Assembly: GCA_026914245.1 (NCBI GenBank)
Contig: CP110440.1
Location: 3,782,001-3,846,000, forward strand
Length of the DNA stretch: 64,000 bases
Direction of reading: 5' to 3'
DNA from: Puccinia triticina
Lineage: Eukaryota
Part shown: in pieces, positions 51,565 through 63,590 of the stretch
How the letters are laid out: each line of letters opens with the position of its first letter
Numbering within the stretch: the first letter of the stretch is position 1
Translations under genes and position numbers: made by a program
The notes under the pieces: generated by a model
What the model was told of the DNA's origin: nothing
The model's input: the letters and a program-made list of their open reading frames with translations, nothing else
Databases searched by the model: none

Positions 51565-54500
51565 TATAGGCCCAATACTAACCCCTGTTGTTCCTAGTTC
51601 CTCAGTTGTAGATACTCATCGTTTTGTGCCAAGCAATAAAGACTTCGTGCCCTCTTCTATTGTGCAGTTGAACTGCCATAATAGCCGAGCGACAACCTAC
51701 AGTATTCTCAACACTGAGCTTAGCTCGGTGGTTTCTCTTATTATTCAAGAACCTTGGGTCAATCCGCTGACTTGTCTTCCTCCCGACCACGAGGCTTGGT
51801 GGACCTTTTGTAGCCCGGAACATCGACCAACAGATCTCAAGGACAAGCACCGGACGGTGACTTACGTTCGGAAGTCAATTGCCTCTCAGGACATTAATGT
51901 CCTGGGAGGCAGCGGTAAGTTTTTTATTGCCTTAGAGTTAACCTTGCTGACAGGGACCCGATTGAGGGTTTTGAATGCGTACAATCCACCAGGCACAACC
52001 GAGGGAGTCGACCGGATCAGGAGCTGGCTGGAAGTCGCCAACGACCGGCGCGTGGCATCGGTCATTGGTTTGGACTCCAACCTCCACCACCGATCTTGGA
52101 ACCCACCGGGCTACACACACGCCCATAAAGAGGCGAAGGCTTTAGTTCAGATGTGCGGCAGACATGGGTTTAGGCTGATTTCTGAAAAGGACGCCCCCAC
52201 ATTCATTTCCAGTCGGGGATCGAGGACTACTATCGACCTCACGTGGTCAAATTTCCGCGCCTCCCAGTTAATCCTCCGTACGCTGACCTCCTCGGACAAC
52301 CACGGGTCAGATCACCAGAAGCTCATCACGGAGCTACGAGACTCCCCACCGGCACCGGTATACCGGGTGGCGGCCCCCAGGCCGGCGGAGCTGGACCGAG
52401 AGAGTTTACGGGAAACGGCACGGGACACACTCAACCGGCTAAGTTCCCTTTCACCACATCTAAGCATTGACGAGACTGAGGAGAGGCTGACTTCGGGGCT
52501 ACTCGACGCCTGGCTGGCTCAGGGAAAACGGAAACGAGTCGACCACGCCAAGATCAAAAAATGGTGGGACAAGGAGATCCTCGGGCCCTTGGTTAAGATA
52601 CGAAATAAGTGCCGGCGCCTTTTAGTCATGGCCCCTACACAGGTCAATACTGACCGTTTCAATTATTGGAACAACAGGTTCCGCGGAGAGGTTAACAGGC
52701 TCAAACAACAGCATTGGCGGAACTTTCTGGCTTCGACCAACGCAACAACGGTCTTTCAGGCCCTACATTTCACCAAACCAAGGAGCGGGGGAGGTGTTCT
52801 CCCACTGCGCAACTCGATCGGCGGCTTCACCTCAAACAAGGAGGAGCAGGCGGCGCTCCTCTTCGCCGGCACTTCGGTTGTTGAAAGCACATGTGATCTG
52901 TCGGATGTTCCCCCAGCGGAACCCTCCTCTTTTGTGGTGTACCCCCCCATCACGGGCGAGGAGGTGGCAGGGGTCCTTAGTAGACTGGCAAAGAAAAAGG
53001 CCGCAGGCCCGGATTGCATCCCAAATGAAGTTCTCACAATTCTGGCACCCGAGATTGCTGACCCCCTTGCTTCCTTCTTTAATAGGTGCATCAGGGAGGA
53101 TTGCTTCCCCACCGGGTGGCGCACCGCCACCACCGTCATCATCCGGAAATTTGGAAAGCCTGACTACACCGTTCCAGGGGCGTATCGACCAATTGCCCTA
53201 CTCAGTTCCACCAGTAAGGTGTTCGAGACCGTCCTTGCTGACCGTCTCACTTTCTGGGCAGAATCCAACACCATCATCCCCGACGGACACTCCGGAGGTC
53301 GTCGAGGGAAGGGGTGTGACGACGCGCTGATGGCGCTTACAATGTGGGTGAAGAGAAAGTGGAGGGAAGGTAAAACGGTCTCGGCCCTCTTCCTCGACGT
53401 GAAGTCGGCCTATCCATCGGTCGACCCCCGGCGCCTCGTGCACTCTCTTCGACGAAAAGGATGCCCGACGTACCTTTGGAAGATCATAGCACGATTCTTG
53501 GAGGGTCGCCGCACAAAGCTGCGGCTGGCGGACTTTGAATCAGCTGAGTTTAAGATTGAGAAGGGACTCCCGCAGGGTTCCCCCTTATCAGTCATTCTGT
53601 ACATACTTTACAACTCTGATTTACTGATCAAAGAGTTTTGTTTTGACAGGGACGAAGTCTCCCTGGGCTTCATAGATGACGTGGTCCATCTTGTGGCGGG
53701 GAAAACTGCCGAGGGGGCCAGGACGGGTCTCATGACGCTAGCGGAGGCTTCACTTTGGTGGGGCAAAAGCCACGGAGCTATTTTTGACAGCCGGAAAGCT
53801 CAATACGTGGCTTTTACCCACGCCAGATCGGCTAAGTTACCTTTTGTGTTTGACGGTCAAATCTTGGAGCCCCAACGGGAGGTCAAATGGCTGGGCCTCT
53901 GGCTGGATGAGAAGCTGACCTTCAGTAGACAGCTAACTCAGGTGAAAAAGAAAGCTGACGACACGATGGGACAGCTTCTGAAAATAGGCAGTTCGTCCTG
54001 GGGGGTGAGGGAGCAAGAGCGAGGGCTGCTGATCTCGGCTGTCCTTGTCCCTAGGGCCCTCTACGGGGTACAAGTCTGGTTCACCTCCAGCAATAAGGCG
54101 AAAGTGACGGCACTGCTCGGGCAGATTGAGCACTCGGCGGCCCGGTTCGCGTTGGGGGCATTAAAATCCACGCCGATTAAATATCTCGATAAGTACCGGC
54201 CTTTTAGGAGTATTGTGCAGACGGCCACAAATCGGATAAACAACTTCTTCCTCTCGAAGCTAACCAGGTTTGCGTACAGACCTTCGGCGATTGAGCAACA
54301 GATCAGAACGGAACTGGCGTGGCAGGCTAGGTCATTCCCCAGCCCGGCGCATGCGGCCATCACGCGCGAGGCCTTGGCGCCCTTGGCGACAAAGCGGCTT
54401 GAGGAGATCAACTTCTTCTTTGAATCCCACCCCCCTTGGAGTCTAGGACGGAAATTGGAATTGGTGGTCGACAGGGTCAACAAACAAGAGGCTAAAAGAT

Positions 54501-55375
54501 CGATTTCTTCTATGCTCAACTCATTGAATCCTAAGTCTGACTTGGTTATTTTTACGGATGGATCAGCCCACCCGGAGGAAGGGTTAGGAGCGGCGGCAGT
54601 GACGGGGGATGGCTTGTCGAGCAGGCTCGCTTTCTTGGGCCCTCAAGGCACGGCTTCCAACTTCGAATGCGAATTGGTGGGCATCAGGCTTGGGCTAGAA
54701 TTGGGGCGCATGGCACAACTCCCGATCTCAGGCGCTCGGGTTATCATTTTAACGGACAGTCAAGCCGCGATTGAACGGCTAAAGTACCCTAGGGCCCCCA
54801 AACCGGGCCAATACCTTGTTTCTCAGATTCAGGAAATAGCTGACGCCATCCCACCGTCGACACAGGTGGTGATCCGATGGTGTCCGGGTCACATAGGGAT
54901 TGAAGGAAATGAGATGGCGGATAGGAAGGCGGCGGAGGCCCGGAACCCCGTCTTTCTCGACGAATCCATCAAGGGCAGCGCGACAGCGGTAAGATCTTCG
55001 CTGACCCGGAAAGAGAAGCTATGGCGGAAGTCGCCGCGCACGGCCTTCGACGCTCAGGCCGCTCTGCACCAGCTACGATCAGGTCACGTCCCACTAAACG
55101 CTCACCAGTTCAAATGCAAGAAGGCTCCATATCCGATATGCTCGACGTGTGGGGTCGTAGAATCAGTTGATCATTATCTTGTTTCCTGTTCCAGGTTCCG
55201 CGGGGCAAGATCGAGTGCAAGAAGGATCCTCTATGCTGAAAGGATCAGGGAATTGTCGGCCAGAACCCTCCTCCATGACGCGAGAGCATTTAAGGCAACA
55301 GAAACATTCATCCGAACCTCGGCCAGACTCCCCCAGTTCCGCAGGGTAGAGGACGCCGAGGGAACCCACCAATGA
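51557..55375 (+). CDS. LINE ORF2 (APE endonuclease, RT, RNase H, C-terminal CCHC)
   Basis: QLNC/IQEP/LDSNLHH/TIDL/GSDH; YRPIALL, LDVKSAY, GLPQGSPLS, FIDD, KWLG; FTDGS, E, TDSQ, WCPGH.GI.GNE.AD; CSTC...H...C. Confidence 0.97.
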   Translation: MNNIGPILTPVVPSSSVVDTHRFVPSNKDFVPSSIVQLNCHNSRATTYSILNTELSSVVSLIIQEPWVNPLTCLPPDHEAWWTFCSPEHRPTDLKDKHRTVTYVRKSIASQDINVLGGSGKFFIALELTLLTGTRLRVLNAYNPPGTTEGVDRIRSWLEVANDRRVASVIGLDSNLHHRSWNPPGYTHAHKEAKALVQMCGRHGFRLISEKDAPTFISSRGSRTTIDLTWSNFRASQLILRTLTSSDNHGSDHQKLITELRDSPPAPVYRVAAPRPAELDRESLRETARDTLNRLSSLSPHLSIDETEERLTSGLLDAWLAQGKRKRVDHAKIKKWWDKEILGPLVKIRNKCRRLLVMAPTQVNTDRFNYWNNRFRGEVNRLKQQHWRNFLASTNATTVFQALHFTKPRSGGGVLPLRNSIGGFTSNKEEQAALLFAGTSVVESTCDLSDVPPAEPSSFVVYPPITGEEVAGVLSRLAKKKAAGPDCIPNEVLTILAPEIADPLASFFNRCIREDCFPTGWRTATTVIIRKFGKPDYTVPGAYRPIALLSSTSKVFETVLADRLTFWAESNTIIPDGHSGGRRGKGCDDALMALTMWVKRKWREGKTVSALFLDVKSAYPSVDPRRLVHSLRRKGCPTYLWKIIARFLEGRRTKLRLADFESAEFKIEKGLPQGSPLSVILYILYNSDLLIKEFCFDRDEVSLGFIDDVVHLVAGKTAEGARTGLMTLAEASLWWGKSHGAIFDSRKAQYVAFTHARSAKLPFVFDGQILEPQREVKWLGLWLDEKLTFSRQLTQVKKKADDTMGQLLKIGSSSWGVREQERGLLISAVLVPRALYGVQVWFTSSNKAKVTALLGQIEHSAARFALGALKSTPIKYLDKYRPFRSIVQTATNRINNFFLSKLTRFAYRPSAIEQQIRTELAWQARSFPSPAHAAITREALAPLATKRLEEINFFFESHPPWSLGRKLELVVDRVNKQEAKRSISSMLNSLNPKSDLVIFTDGSAHPEEGLGAAAVTGDGLSSRLAFLGPQGTASNFECELVGIRLGLELGRMAQLPISGARVIILTDSQAAIERLKYPRAPKPGQYLVSQIQEIADAIPPSTQVVIRWCPGHIGIEGNEMADRKAAEARNPVFLDESIKGSATAVRSSLTRKEKLWRKSPRTAFDAQAALHQLRSGHVPLNAHQFKCKKAPYPICSTCGVVESVDHYLVSCSRFRGARSSARRILYAERIRELSARTLLHDARAFKATETFIRTSARLPQFRRVEDAEGTHQ

Positions 55376-55894
55376 TCTCCTCAAGACGGCAACCTCACCG
55401 AACCCCTGGATCTTTCCTCCCCCCTTTTCTTCCCTCTTTTTCCCTTTTCTCATTTCTCATCTCTCAACACCATACATTAAAATAAATGGCGGTACCCTCC
55501 ACAGAAATTTAGTTGTTCTTCTCCTCTCTATTTACATAGATACTGTTGTCACTCTTCGACAGTCTTTGTCAGTCAGATGAATATGCATAGTGCGCAATGT
55601 TAAACCAAATCTGCACTAAAAAAAAAAAAAAAAAAAAAAAAAGACCTACTCCAACAGCACCCCTGCAAAGACGAATAGTTTTGAAGGTTCAGGACGCCGA
55701 TACATACATTGCATAAATACCAGTACCGAACCTAATTCCCATTTGAAATTGACGCTGAGCGTGAGTGATGTCTGATCAGGTCTGATCTATGTATCACCAC
55801 TAAAACAAATTTGCAGCCTCCAAAGTCCCCCCTCCGAGACTGTTTGAATCGGATTATCAATAGTTAAATCTCGAGAGACTTGCAACCAGACCAG

Positions 55895-58137
55895 ATGAGG
55901 CTCATCATCGGCGGGATCCCGTGGTACCTTTTGGTTTGCCTGCATGGCAGTTATGTCGCGGCTGACACGGCATCCTTACGACAGAAACTCGCCGCTTTGA
56001 GAATTGATGCCGTTTTCCCTCAAGACCCAGATTATGAAAAGGTTTCTGCCGCTTATAACAAGAGATTCACTTACAAGCCGGCTGCTATAGTATTCCCCCA
56101 CAACGCGACCGAAGTGGCTAATGCGGTGAAAGTCGGTGTAGCAGAAAAGATACCTGGTAGAGTTGATTCACATCATCTATTCATATCCTTTCAAGTACCT
56201 TTTACGCTCACAATCCTGAATCTCCTCCTTTAAAAACAGTATCGCCTCGCTCGGGTGGACATTCATATGCCGCATATGGTCTGGCCGGGAAAAACGGTGC
56301 TTTGGTCATTGACCTGGAACGGCTCAAACATATTTCCGTGGATAAAGCGAGTGGGCAAGCTTTGATTGGTGCGGGAAGTAGGCTTGGCGATATTGCCCTC
56401 GGCTTGAACGATCACGGTGGACGGGCCATACCGCATGGGACCTGCCCCCACGTTGGACTGGGTGGTCATGCCGCCTTCGGAGGGTGAGTTGTTGATATAT
56501 ATATTTTCCCCTGGAAATAGAGCAAGCAGAATACATTTTGGTGGGTGAAGACACCTGATTATTCCTCAATCTTCAGCTATGGTTTCTCCAGCCGAATGTG
56601 GGGCCTGACACTAGACCAAATAACTGAGCATGAAATCGTCTTAGCAAACGGCACAATTGTTACTTCTTCCGCAACAGTCAATCCGGATCTTTTTTGGGTT
56701 TGCCAGGTGCTACGTTATGCTTCAGTCTAAACGATGAAGCTGATGTTTTTCCATCCCCGTATGTAAATTAAGGCTTTGAGGGGCGCGGGTTCATCTTTCG
56801 GGATCATGACCGCAATGCGTTTTCGCACCCAACCTGCCCCAAGCCAGGCCACCAACTTTGTCTATGAGTGGACCTTGGATGTTGGAGAATTCAGCAACGC
56901 GTTAATCCAACTACAAATCTTCTGTATGTCCGAATTGCCCGCTCAACTTGGCTTAGAATCCAATTTGGGAAAAGGTGAAGGTGGCTCTGGTAAGTTGTAC
57001 TTGGATTTGACAGGGGTTTGGTACGGGGCGGAAAATGTCCTTGCCAATGTTATTCGACCTTTCCTATCTCAGATGGTGAGCCGAAATTTTGGATGATGGA
57101 AAAAATGCATGACTATTTAATACGATATGAACTTTTTTTTATGTAGCCCACTCCGGCTAAGAAGTCAGTTAAAACTACGAGCTGGATTGCCAGCCTCAAA
57201 GGGACAGCCGACGGCCAACCTCTATCTACATCAGGCATGCTTCCAGAAACATATTCCATTCTGATTGCAGGGGTCAATATTGAAAATTGTTTGGGTCTGT
57301 GTAGGTGTGGACCTCAGAAAAGAACATGATATGTTTTATGCCAAAAGTCTAACAACCCCTCAATCGACACCCATGTCCAACTCTTCGATCCTTGCATTCT
57401 CCAAGTATCTGGCCAATCAAGGACACAAATCTAACACGGTGAGAAGATCCCATGCTATCGCATCAAAAGGTTACAAAAAGGGCAAAAGCTCATGTGGTCA
57501 CTGGTCCAAATTCCCTAGGACTGGTTTGTACAGTTCGAACTCTATGGCGGCAAGAATTCCGCGGTGACAGCTGTTGGAGAAGATGAAACCGCTTTTGCTC
57601 AGCGCTCAATCCTGTTCACAATCCAGGTCAGTCGTCCCCCCGCTGTTCAACAAGCTTCACCACTTGATAGTTATGGATATTTCAACCGTGCCGCCATCTC
57701 CATCGATAAGTTTTACGCCTCGTCCAAAAATGCTTCTCTACCCTACCCCGCAGAGGGGTTTACTCTACTGGACAACATGGTGGATATCATTGTGAACAAC
57801 AACCCCTCAGGTTGGAGTTACGGGTAAGTCGATGCTAAGTTCACGCTTCCAATACATGAAATTCAGTTTGTCTTTCTTGCTCAATATTTGTCTTTAGGGC
57901 TTATGCAAATTATGTCGATGATCGACTTTCTTCTTCGCAATGGAAATCCCAATATTACAAAAAGCAGTTACGTATCATGTCCAGTTCTTGGCATTTTCAA
58001 CCTTTTCATGAGAGCCTGCTAACTTGGTGATATTGTGTCATTGTGTTTCAACGATTAGTTATCAACGTCTAACACAAATCAAACGTGCTTATGACCCTCG
58101 AAATGTTTTTTCTCTCCCTCAAAGTATCACGGAGTGA
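55895..58137 (+). CDS. Secreted FAD-linked oxidase, BBE-like / AA7 oligosaccharide oxidase, copy 1 (multi-exon)
   Basis: Hydrophobic signal-like N-terminus; RSGGHSY and GTCPHVGLGGH (His and Cys for bicovalent FAD); DLFWALRGAG.SFGI; C-terminal AYANYVD...RL.QIK..YDP.NVF..PQSI. Confidence 0.92.
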
Positions 58138-58170
58138 ATATTATTCTGTTTATCTTTGTACAACAACCAT

Positions 58171-58312
58171 CGAGCTTAACAAAGCCTCACTGTGAGAGCC
58201 CCGAAGGGGCAGCCCCGCAGGGTCTCTGTCTCACAGAGAGGGAGGTCGCACTTCGTGCGAGGCGCTTCGCGCCCCTGCCCCCCGGCAGGCGGAGGGACTT
58301 GTGCTAAGCTCG
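58171..58312. mobile_element. 142-bp hairpin-rich MITE with 9-bp TSD
   Basis: TSD AACAACCAT (58162-58170, 58313-58321); termini CGAGCTTAACA / TGCTAAGCTCG. Confidence 0.88.
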
Positions 58313-58659
58313 AACAACCATAGATCCGCTCAGTACTCAAACAAAAAATAAACTCCAACAATAAACGCATATTGTTCAGTGAGAGAACTGAGAGAACTTC
58401 TTCTGGAAATTGTATTCCAGAAAATTCATTAGGACTTTTGAGCTAACTTTGAAAATTGGCAATTGAAACAAAATAAGAAACACTTCTATCGATTTGGACG
58501 CGGGTATCGGTTGGCGCACGGGGACCTGGTCGTTTTTCCCCCCCATCAACTTCCTAGTGCCGCACCCGGCACCGCCTGGTGGATACCAGCGGTCCTTAAG
58601 GCTGGCAGTGGTACCACAGGTACCGCTGGCGGTTACCGTGCTACATGCACTGGCCGAGG

Positions 58660-58756
58660 CAAACTTAACACAAGTCCCTCCCTGTGCTTGTGGGGCGTAA
58701 GCACCCCGACCCACCCAGACGCTTCGCGCCTCCTTGGAGAGGCTTAGACAAGCTCG
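58660..58756. mobile_element. 97-bp member of the same MITE family, in opposite orientation
   Basis: TSD TGGCCGAGG (58651-58659, 58757-58765); ends CAAACTTAACACAAGTCCCTCC and GAGGCTTAGACAAGCTCG mirror those of 58171-58312. Confidence 0.85.
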
Positions 58757-59084
58757 TGGCCGAGGCGAGTGTGTTGATGCACGCCGTCCGGTCAACAAGA
58801 CTGCACAGTCATCATAGCCAGAACCTCTTGTCGATGCATTCTTCCGGGCCATCTCCATCTTCGAAACTTTCCGGCCATCCAGAGGGCTGCGCACTCCGAC
58901 ACTCGCCGCAGTCGCGGCATCGACCTTCCGGACGAGAGTCCGGGCGGAGACCGGGTCAATCCATAGCTTCTTTGTCACTCGCACACCTGGGTCACAACAC
59001 TGACCGTGCAATCTGGGAGCCCCGCGGAATCATGAGACCCGAAAAAATACTGCGCCGCGCTCTCAACGGCCGCGATCGAGACTA

Positions 59085-59454
59085 CAGTGACCCCGCCATG
59101 TAAGCATTCACGATGTAAGCATAATCACGATGTAAGCATAGCATAAATCTAGATTTCCCGCAACCATTCTCTTGGTTTTGCTGGGATTTTACCTCGATAA
59201 GAAGCATACTGCGATGTAAGCATAGGATTTTTGTCCACCATCCTTATGCTTACATGGCGGGGTCACTGTACAGTGACCCCGCCATGTAAGCATTCACGAT
59301 GTAAGCATAATCACGATGTAAGCATAGCATAAATCTAGATTTCCCGCAACCATTCTCTTGGTTTTGCTGGGATTTTACCTCGATAAGAAGCATACTGCAA
59401 TGTAAGCATAGGATTTTTGTCCACCATCCTTATGCTTACATGGCGGGGTCACTG
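59085..59454. mobile_element. Two head-to-tail 184-bp Tc1/mariner-type MITEs (59085-59268, 59271-59454)
   Basis: TIR CAGTGACCCCGCCATGTAAGCAT; TA at 59083-84, 59269-70 and 59455-56; one difference seen between the copies. Confidence 0.93.
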
Positions 59455-60377
59455 TATTCAATCTCGATGGCGTCGAGATGGCCGGGAAGAAACCATCTCG
59501 ATGGTCGAGACGTTCCCGCCATCGAGACTACAGCTCTGACATCGAGTGCAGTCTCCATGGCTGGGGCGGTCCTGCTTTTCGGCCAAAACCATGTCCCTAG
59601 TACCCGGCCGCACTGCCGCGTGTGATACATTTCCTTTCTTGAATTGAGAATGGAAACGACCGGAGTCACATTTCCCCCCACCTTTCCACCCAAGTCATGA
59701 CTGACCATGGCGCCGCGTCGCCCATGTGTTGCATTGCCTCCCCCGACCCGTGGCGATGCTGAGGAAATGGTGGTTGTCGAGTGTCGAGTCCAGACCTTTA
59801 CACCGCCACAGTATCATGAGACGGTCACTTCGGCACCCCAGACCACTGAGATCGCAATGCATGTACATTTGTTTTAAAAAGTGAGATTTGACCTATGGCG
59901 TTGCACTAAAAACATCACACTGTAAAGCCAACAGGCCAAAACACAACTGCGTGAAACGTGTACATAGAACGGTCACCGGCCTCGGCTTGCCACCTCTCGC
60001 CACACCTCGGAATCGAACATGGTGTTTATGTATTGCTTAAGTGTTATGTCGTTTAAAGTTGACTGATGGAATCCGTGGGACAAGTGTTGAGCCCTTTTGA
60101 GCCATGGCTGGCATGCTTGTTCTTGGTATCGTGTAAGTATGTATTTATCGACAAGGAGTATACACATGCTCATTGCCCACGATGAGACCGACGAGGGATC
60201 TCATTGATTGCCAATCTCTTCTTATAATGGGCGGGTTTATACAAACCCTCCTACATCAACCCATCTTGAGATCTCCGCTCTTCATTCTCAACGTCAAAGG
60301 TATTAACTGAGCAGTCAAAATATTCTTTCCGCATACAGATGCTCGCGCATTTCTCTGGTGGATATAAATCTCGGGCA

Positions 60378-62653
60378 ATGAATCAGGACCGAAGCCGGCT
60401 GGTGAAGCTCGCGATCACGGCCTGTGTTGTCCCGGCCTACCTGGGTGGATATCTCGTGACAGCGGACACGGCCTCCTTGCGGTCGAAATTTTCCACTCTG
60501 GGGATCGATGCCGTCTTCCCCGGCGACTCGGATTACGACAAGTTTGCGGCTTCCTTCAACCGACGGCTGTCCTACAAGCCGGCCGCCATCGCATTCCCCA
60601 ACAATACTGACGCCGTTGCTAGCGCGGTCAAACTGGGTGTCCAAGAGAAACTACGTCGTAAGTTTGCAGTTGATCAGCATGTGCCATGGATTTGTTTCGA
60701 AATTTGAATAGTCAATGTTTGAGCTCTAAAAGTCATTTCCCTGTGCTGTTTAACCAGTATCTGCCCGCTCTGGTGGTCATTCATACGCTGCCTACGGCCT
60801 CAGCGGGACAGATGGCGCACTGGTCATCGATCTCCAACGAATGAAGCAGGTTTCTGTCGACAGCTCAAACGGGGAAGCCGTGATTGGAACTGGAATCAGA
60901 CTCGGGGACATTGCCCTCGCTCTAAATGACCAGGGCGGCAGAGCTCTGCCGCATGGCCTGTGCCCGTTGGTCGGTCTGGGTGGTCATGCCGCCTTCGGCG
61001 GGTAGGTGTTTTGACAGTCTACTTCAATGATGCTCCCAAGAAAAGAAGGAAAAAACAATCGTTAAGTAGAGTCTGAAAATGCGCTATTCAACCATTCCCA
61101 GCTACGGCTTCACTAGCCGACAATGGGGCTTGACATTAGATAAAATTATTTCACATGAGGTTGTGTTGGGCGACGGCTCGATCGTTACTGCTTCGAAGAC
61201 TTCCAATCCCGACCTTTTTTGGGTGCGTATGCCTATGGAAGTTTTTTGTCAGAGGCTTTCCCCCTGACACTTCCATGTGGCTTGTTGGTTGATCGCAGGC
61301 TCTCCGGGGATCCGGCGCATCCTACGGGATTATGACCGCGATTCGCTTCCAGACCGAAACGGCGCCTAGGGAAGCTACCGACTTCGGCATCCAATGGAAC
61401 CTGAACGAGGAAGACTTCGGCCAGACATTGATAAAATTGCAGACCTTTTGCATGTCAGATGTGCCTGCCCAACTCGGCATGACCGTCAACCTTCGGAAGA
61501 GCAAGGAAAGCGGGAAGCTGCTGTTCGATTTCGCCGGCGCTTGGTACGGCGAGGCTAGCGCTTTTGCCGGTGTGGTCCAGCCCTTTTTGTCCCAGATGGT
61601 AAGCTGAAAATTTCATCAAGCGATGGCTCAGCCTCTAAAGTGCTGGATCTAACGGGATGGATCGCCCTTTGGTCTGTGAAGCCTCCACCCACCCACAACT
61701 CAGTTAAGACAACGGATTGGATCACGAGCTTATCACGGATACTCGGGGGCCAAGCTCTCTCCACAGCAAGCAAGTTCAGAAATCCCGATGTCTCAAGACA
61801 CAGTGAAGTCAACCTAACTCCATTTTTTCATCTTAAAAATTGTGTGGTGCAGATGTGGATCTTGCAGAAGAACACGACACGTTCTACGCCAAGAGCCTAA
61901 CAACCCCTGCATCAGCGCCAATGTCGAACTCGTCGATCGCCGCATTTTCCAAGGTCCTGGCCACTCAGGGCCTCCAATCCAAAACGGTAAGCACCCTATT
62001 CTAGTACCACAGCCCGCCAACTGCAAAATACACGAAGCTTAAGTAGCGGAAATACGACAGGACTGGTTTGTGCAATTCGAGCTTTACGGCGGGAAGAATT
62101 CGGCGATAACTGCCGTTCGGCCAGATGAGACGGCCTTTGCCCAGCGTTCAATCTTGTTTACCATCCAGGTGAGGCGGTCTTCTCACCGTGTACAAGAAGC
62201 ATGATCAGTCAATACTCATTGTCTTTTTTGGAAACCATCTTGACACTTAAGTTTTACTCCCGGTCCAGTAATTACTCTCCGCCCTATCCCGCCGAAGGCT
62301 TCACTCTGCTGGACAGCATGGTGGACAGCATTGTGGCCAACAATCCGTCGGGGTGGGGATACGGGTCAGTGGTGCTCCTGCAAGTTTCCCGATCCGAGGT
62401 ATTTGGGTGCTGACGAAGCTTCCCATAGGGCCTACGCCAATTATGTTGATGAGCGTCTTTCTCCCTCACAATGGAAATCTCAATACTACAACAACCAGTT
62501 CAGTCTTCCCCCTCTTGCGTATGGTTGGATAGCTGATTTTGCATGCTGACCCCCTCAATCCACATTCTCCGTAGTTATGAACGTCTGACTCAAATCAAAG
62601 GGGTCTATGACCCACAAAATGTATTTTCGTACCCCCAAAGTATCACAACGTAA
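60378..62653 (+). CDS. Secreted FAD-linked oxidase, BBE-like / AA7, copy 2 (multi-exon)
   Basis: Same motifs (RSGGHSY, GLCPLVGLGGH, YANYVD, YDPQNVFSYPQSI) and same intron positions as copy 1. Confidence 0.92.
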
Positions 62654-63590
62654 GCCAGATTTGAGTATATGAACACACGTAAATATGTATCTATCATCCA
62701 AATGGACTATGTACTATCCTGTGTGACCAAAAATATTCAAATGTCTCTGTGCAATGTCAGCAGAACACCTCCACCCAACAGTACCAGACGGAATGATTCC
62801 AGTAAACTCAAGAACAACGTCTTTGGGATGCTGCTTTATCCATGCTTGTTTGTGATGCCGTCTCTGTTCTGGGGATGATAGCACCATGGTAAATATTTGT
62901 TTGAATTTGGCTATTGTACTATTTAATTTCTGTGTATGTGAGCAGCATTTGTACAATTGAATTCAAGAGTCTCACTGACTCAATTCAGGAGACTGTGAAT
63001 TGATTGGGCCCACCCCCACATGTGAGAAGTAGTCAGTTGACATGAGTTGAGATGGAAGTTCTTTTTCTTTTCTCCTCCTGCGGGGTTTACAGTGCCCCCC
63101 ACGACTTCTCAACTACCCCGCACCTGCAAAAAAAAATTTGAACTTTGAACAATGTGTTCAAAGTCACCAGACATGTATCACATGTAGACTATACATTTTT
63201 GAGCCCTGCAGACGTAGGAGAACTCAAAAATATAACTTTGAAGTCTATGCAATGCCTCAAAAAAAAGTTTAATTTTTTTCAGATGCAAAATTTGGAACAG
63301 CTGGTTTTAAGACCATAGTATGTGGTTACAGACATGTACTATGGACTTATAGAATATTTATTATGTATTTAGAGATTAAATTATCTATGTACATACATGC
63401 TACAGGTGTAGGTATTTATGTGAATACAAGGGGAAGCCCCCAAATTTGGGGTTCCAGAGGGTGTTAAAGTTATAGGGGTTTGTAAATCACAGGAGGTGAA
63501 AGGCAAAAGGGTAATGTGACAGCTCATAGGAAACGGATTAAATTTTTCAAAACTTTGATGTTGCAATTCCTGGGTGACTGTCTGCATAAC

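Larger units (their letters stand above)
49761..55642 (+). mobile_element. LINE (Tad1-like non-LTR retrotransposon with RNase H), apparently full length
   Basis: Two intact ORFs overlapping by 8 bp, a pyrimidine-rich 3' UTR and a 25-A tail at 55618-55642. The 5' boundary is a guess and no TSD was found. Confidence 0.92.
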
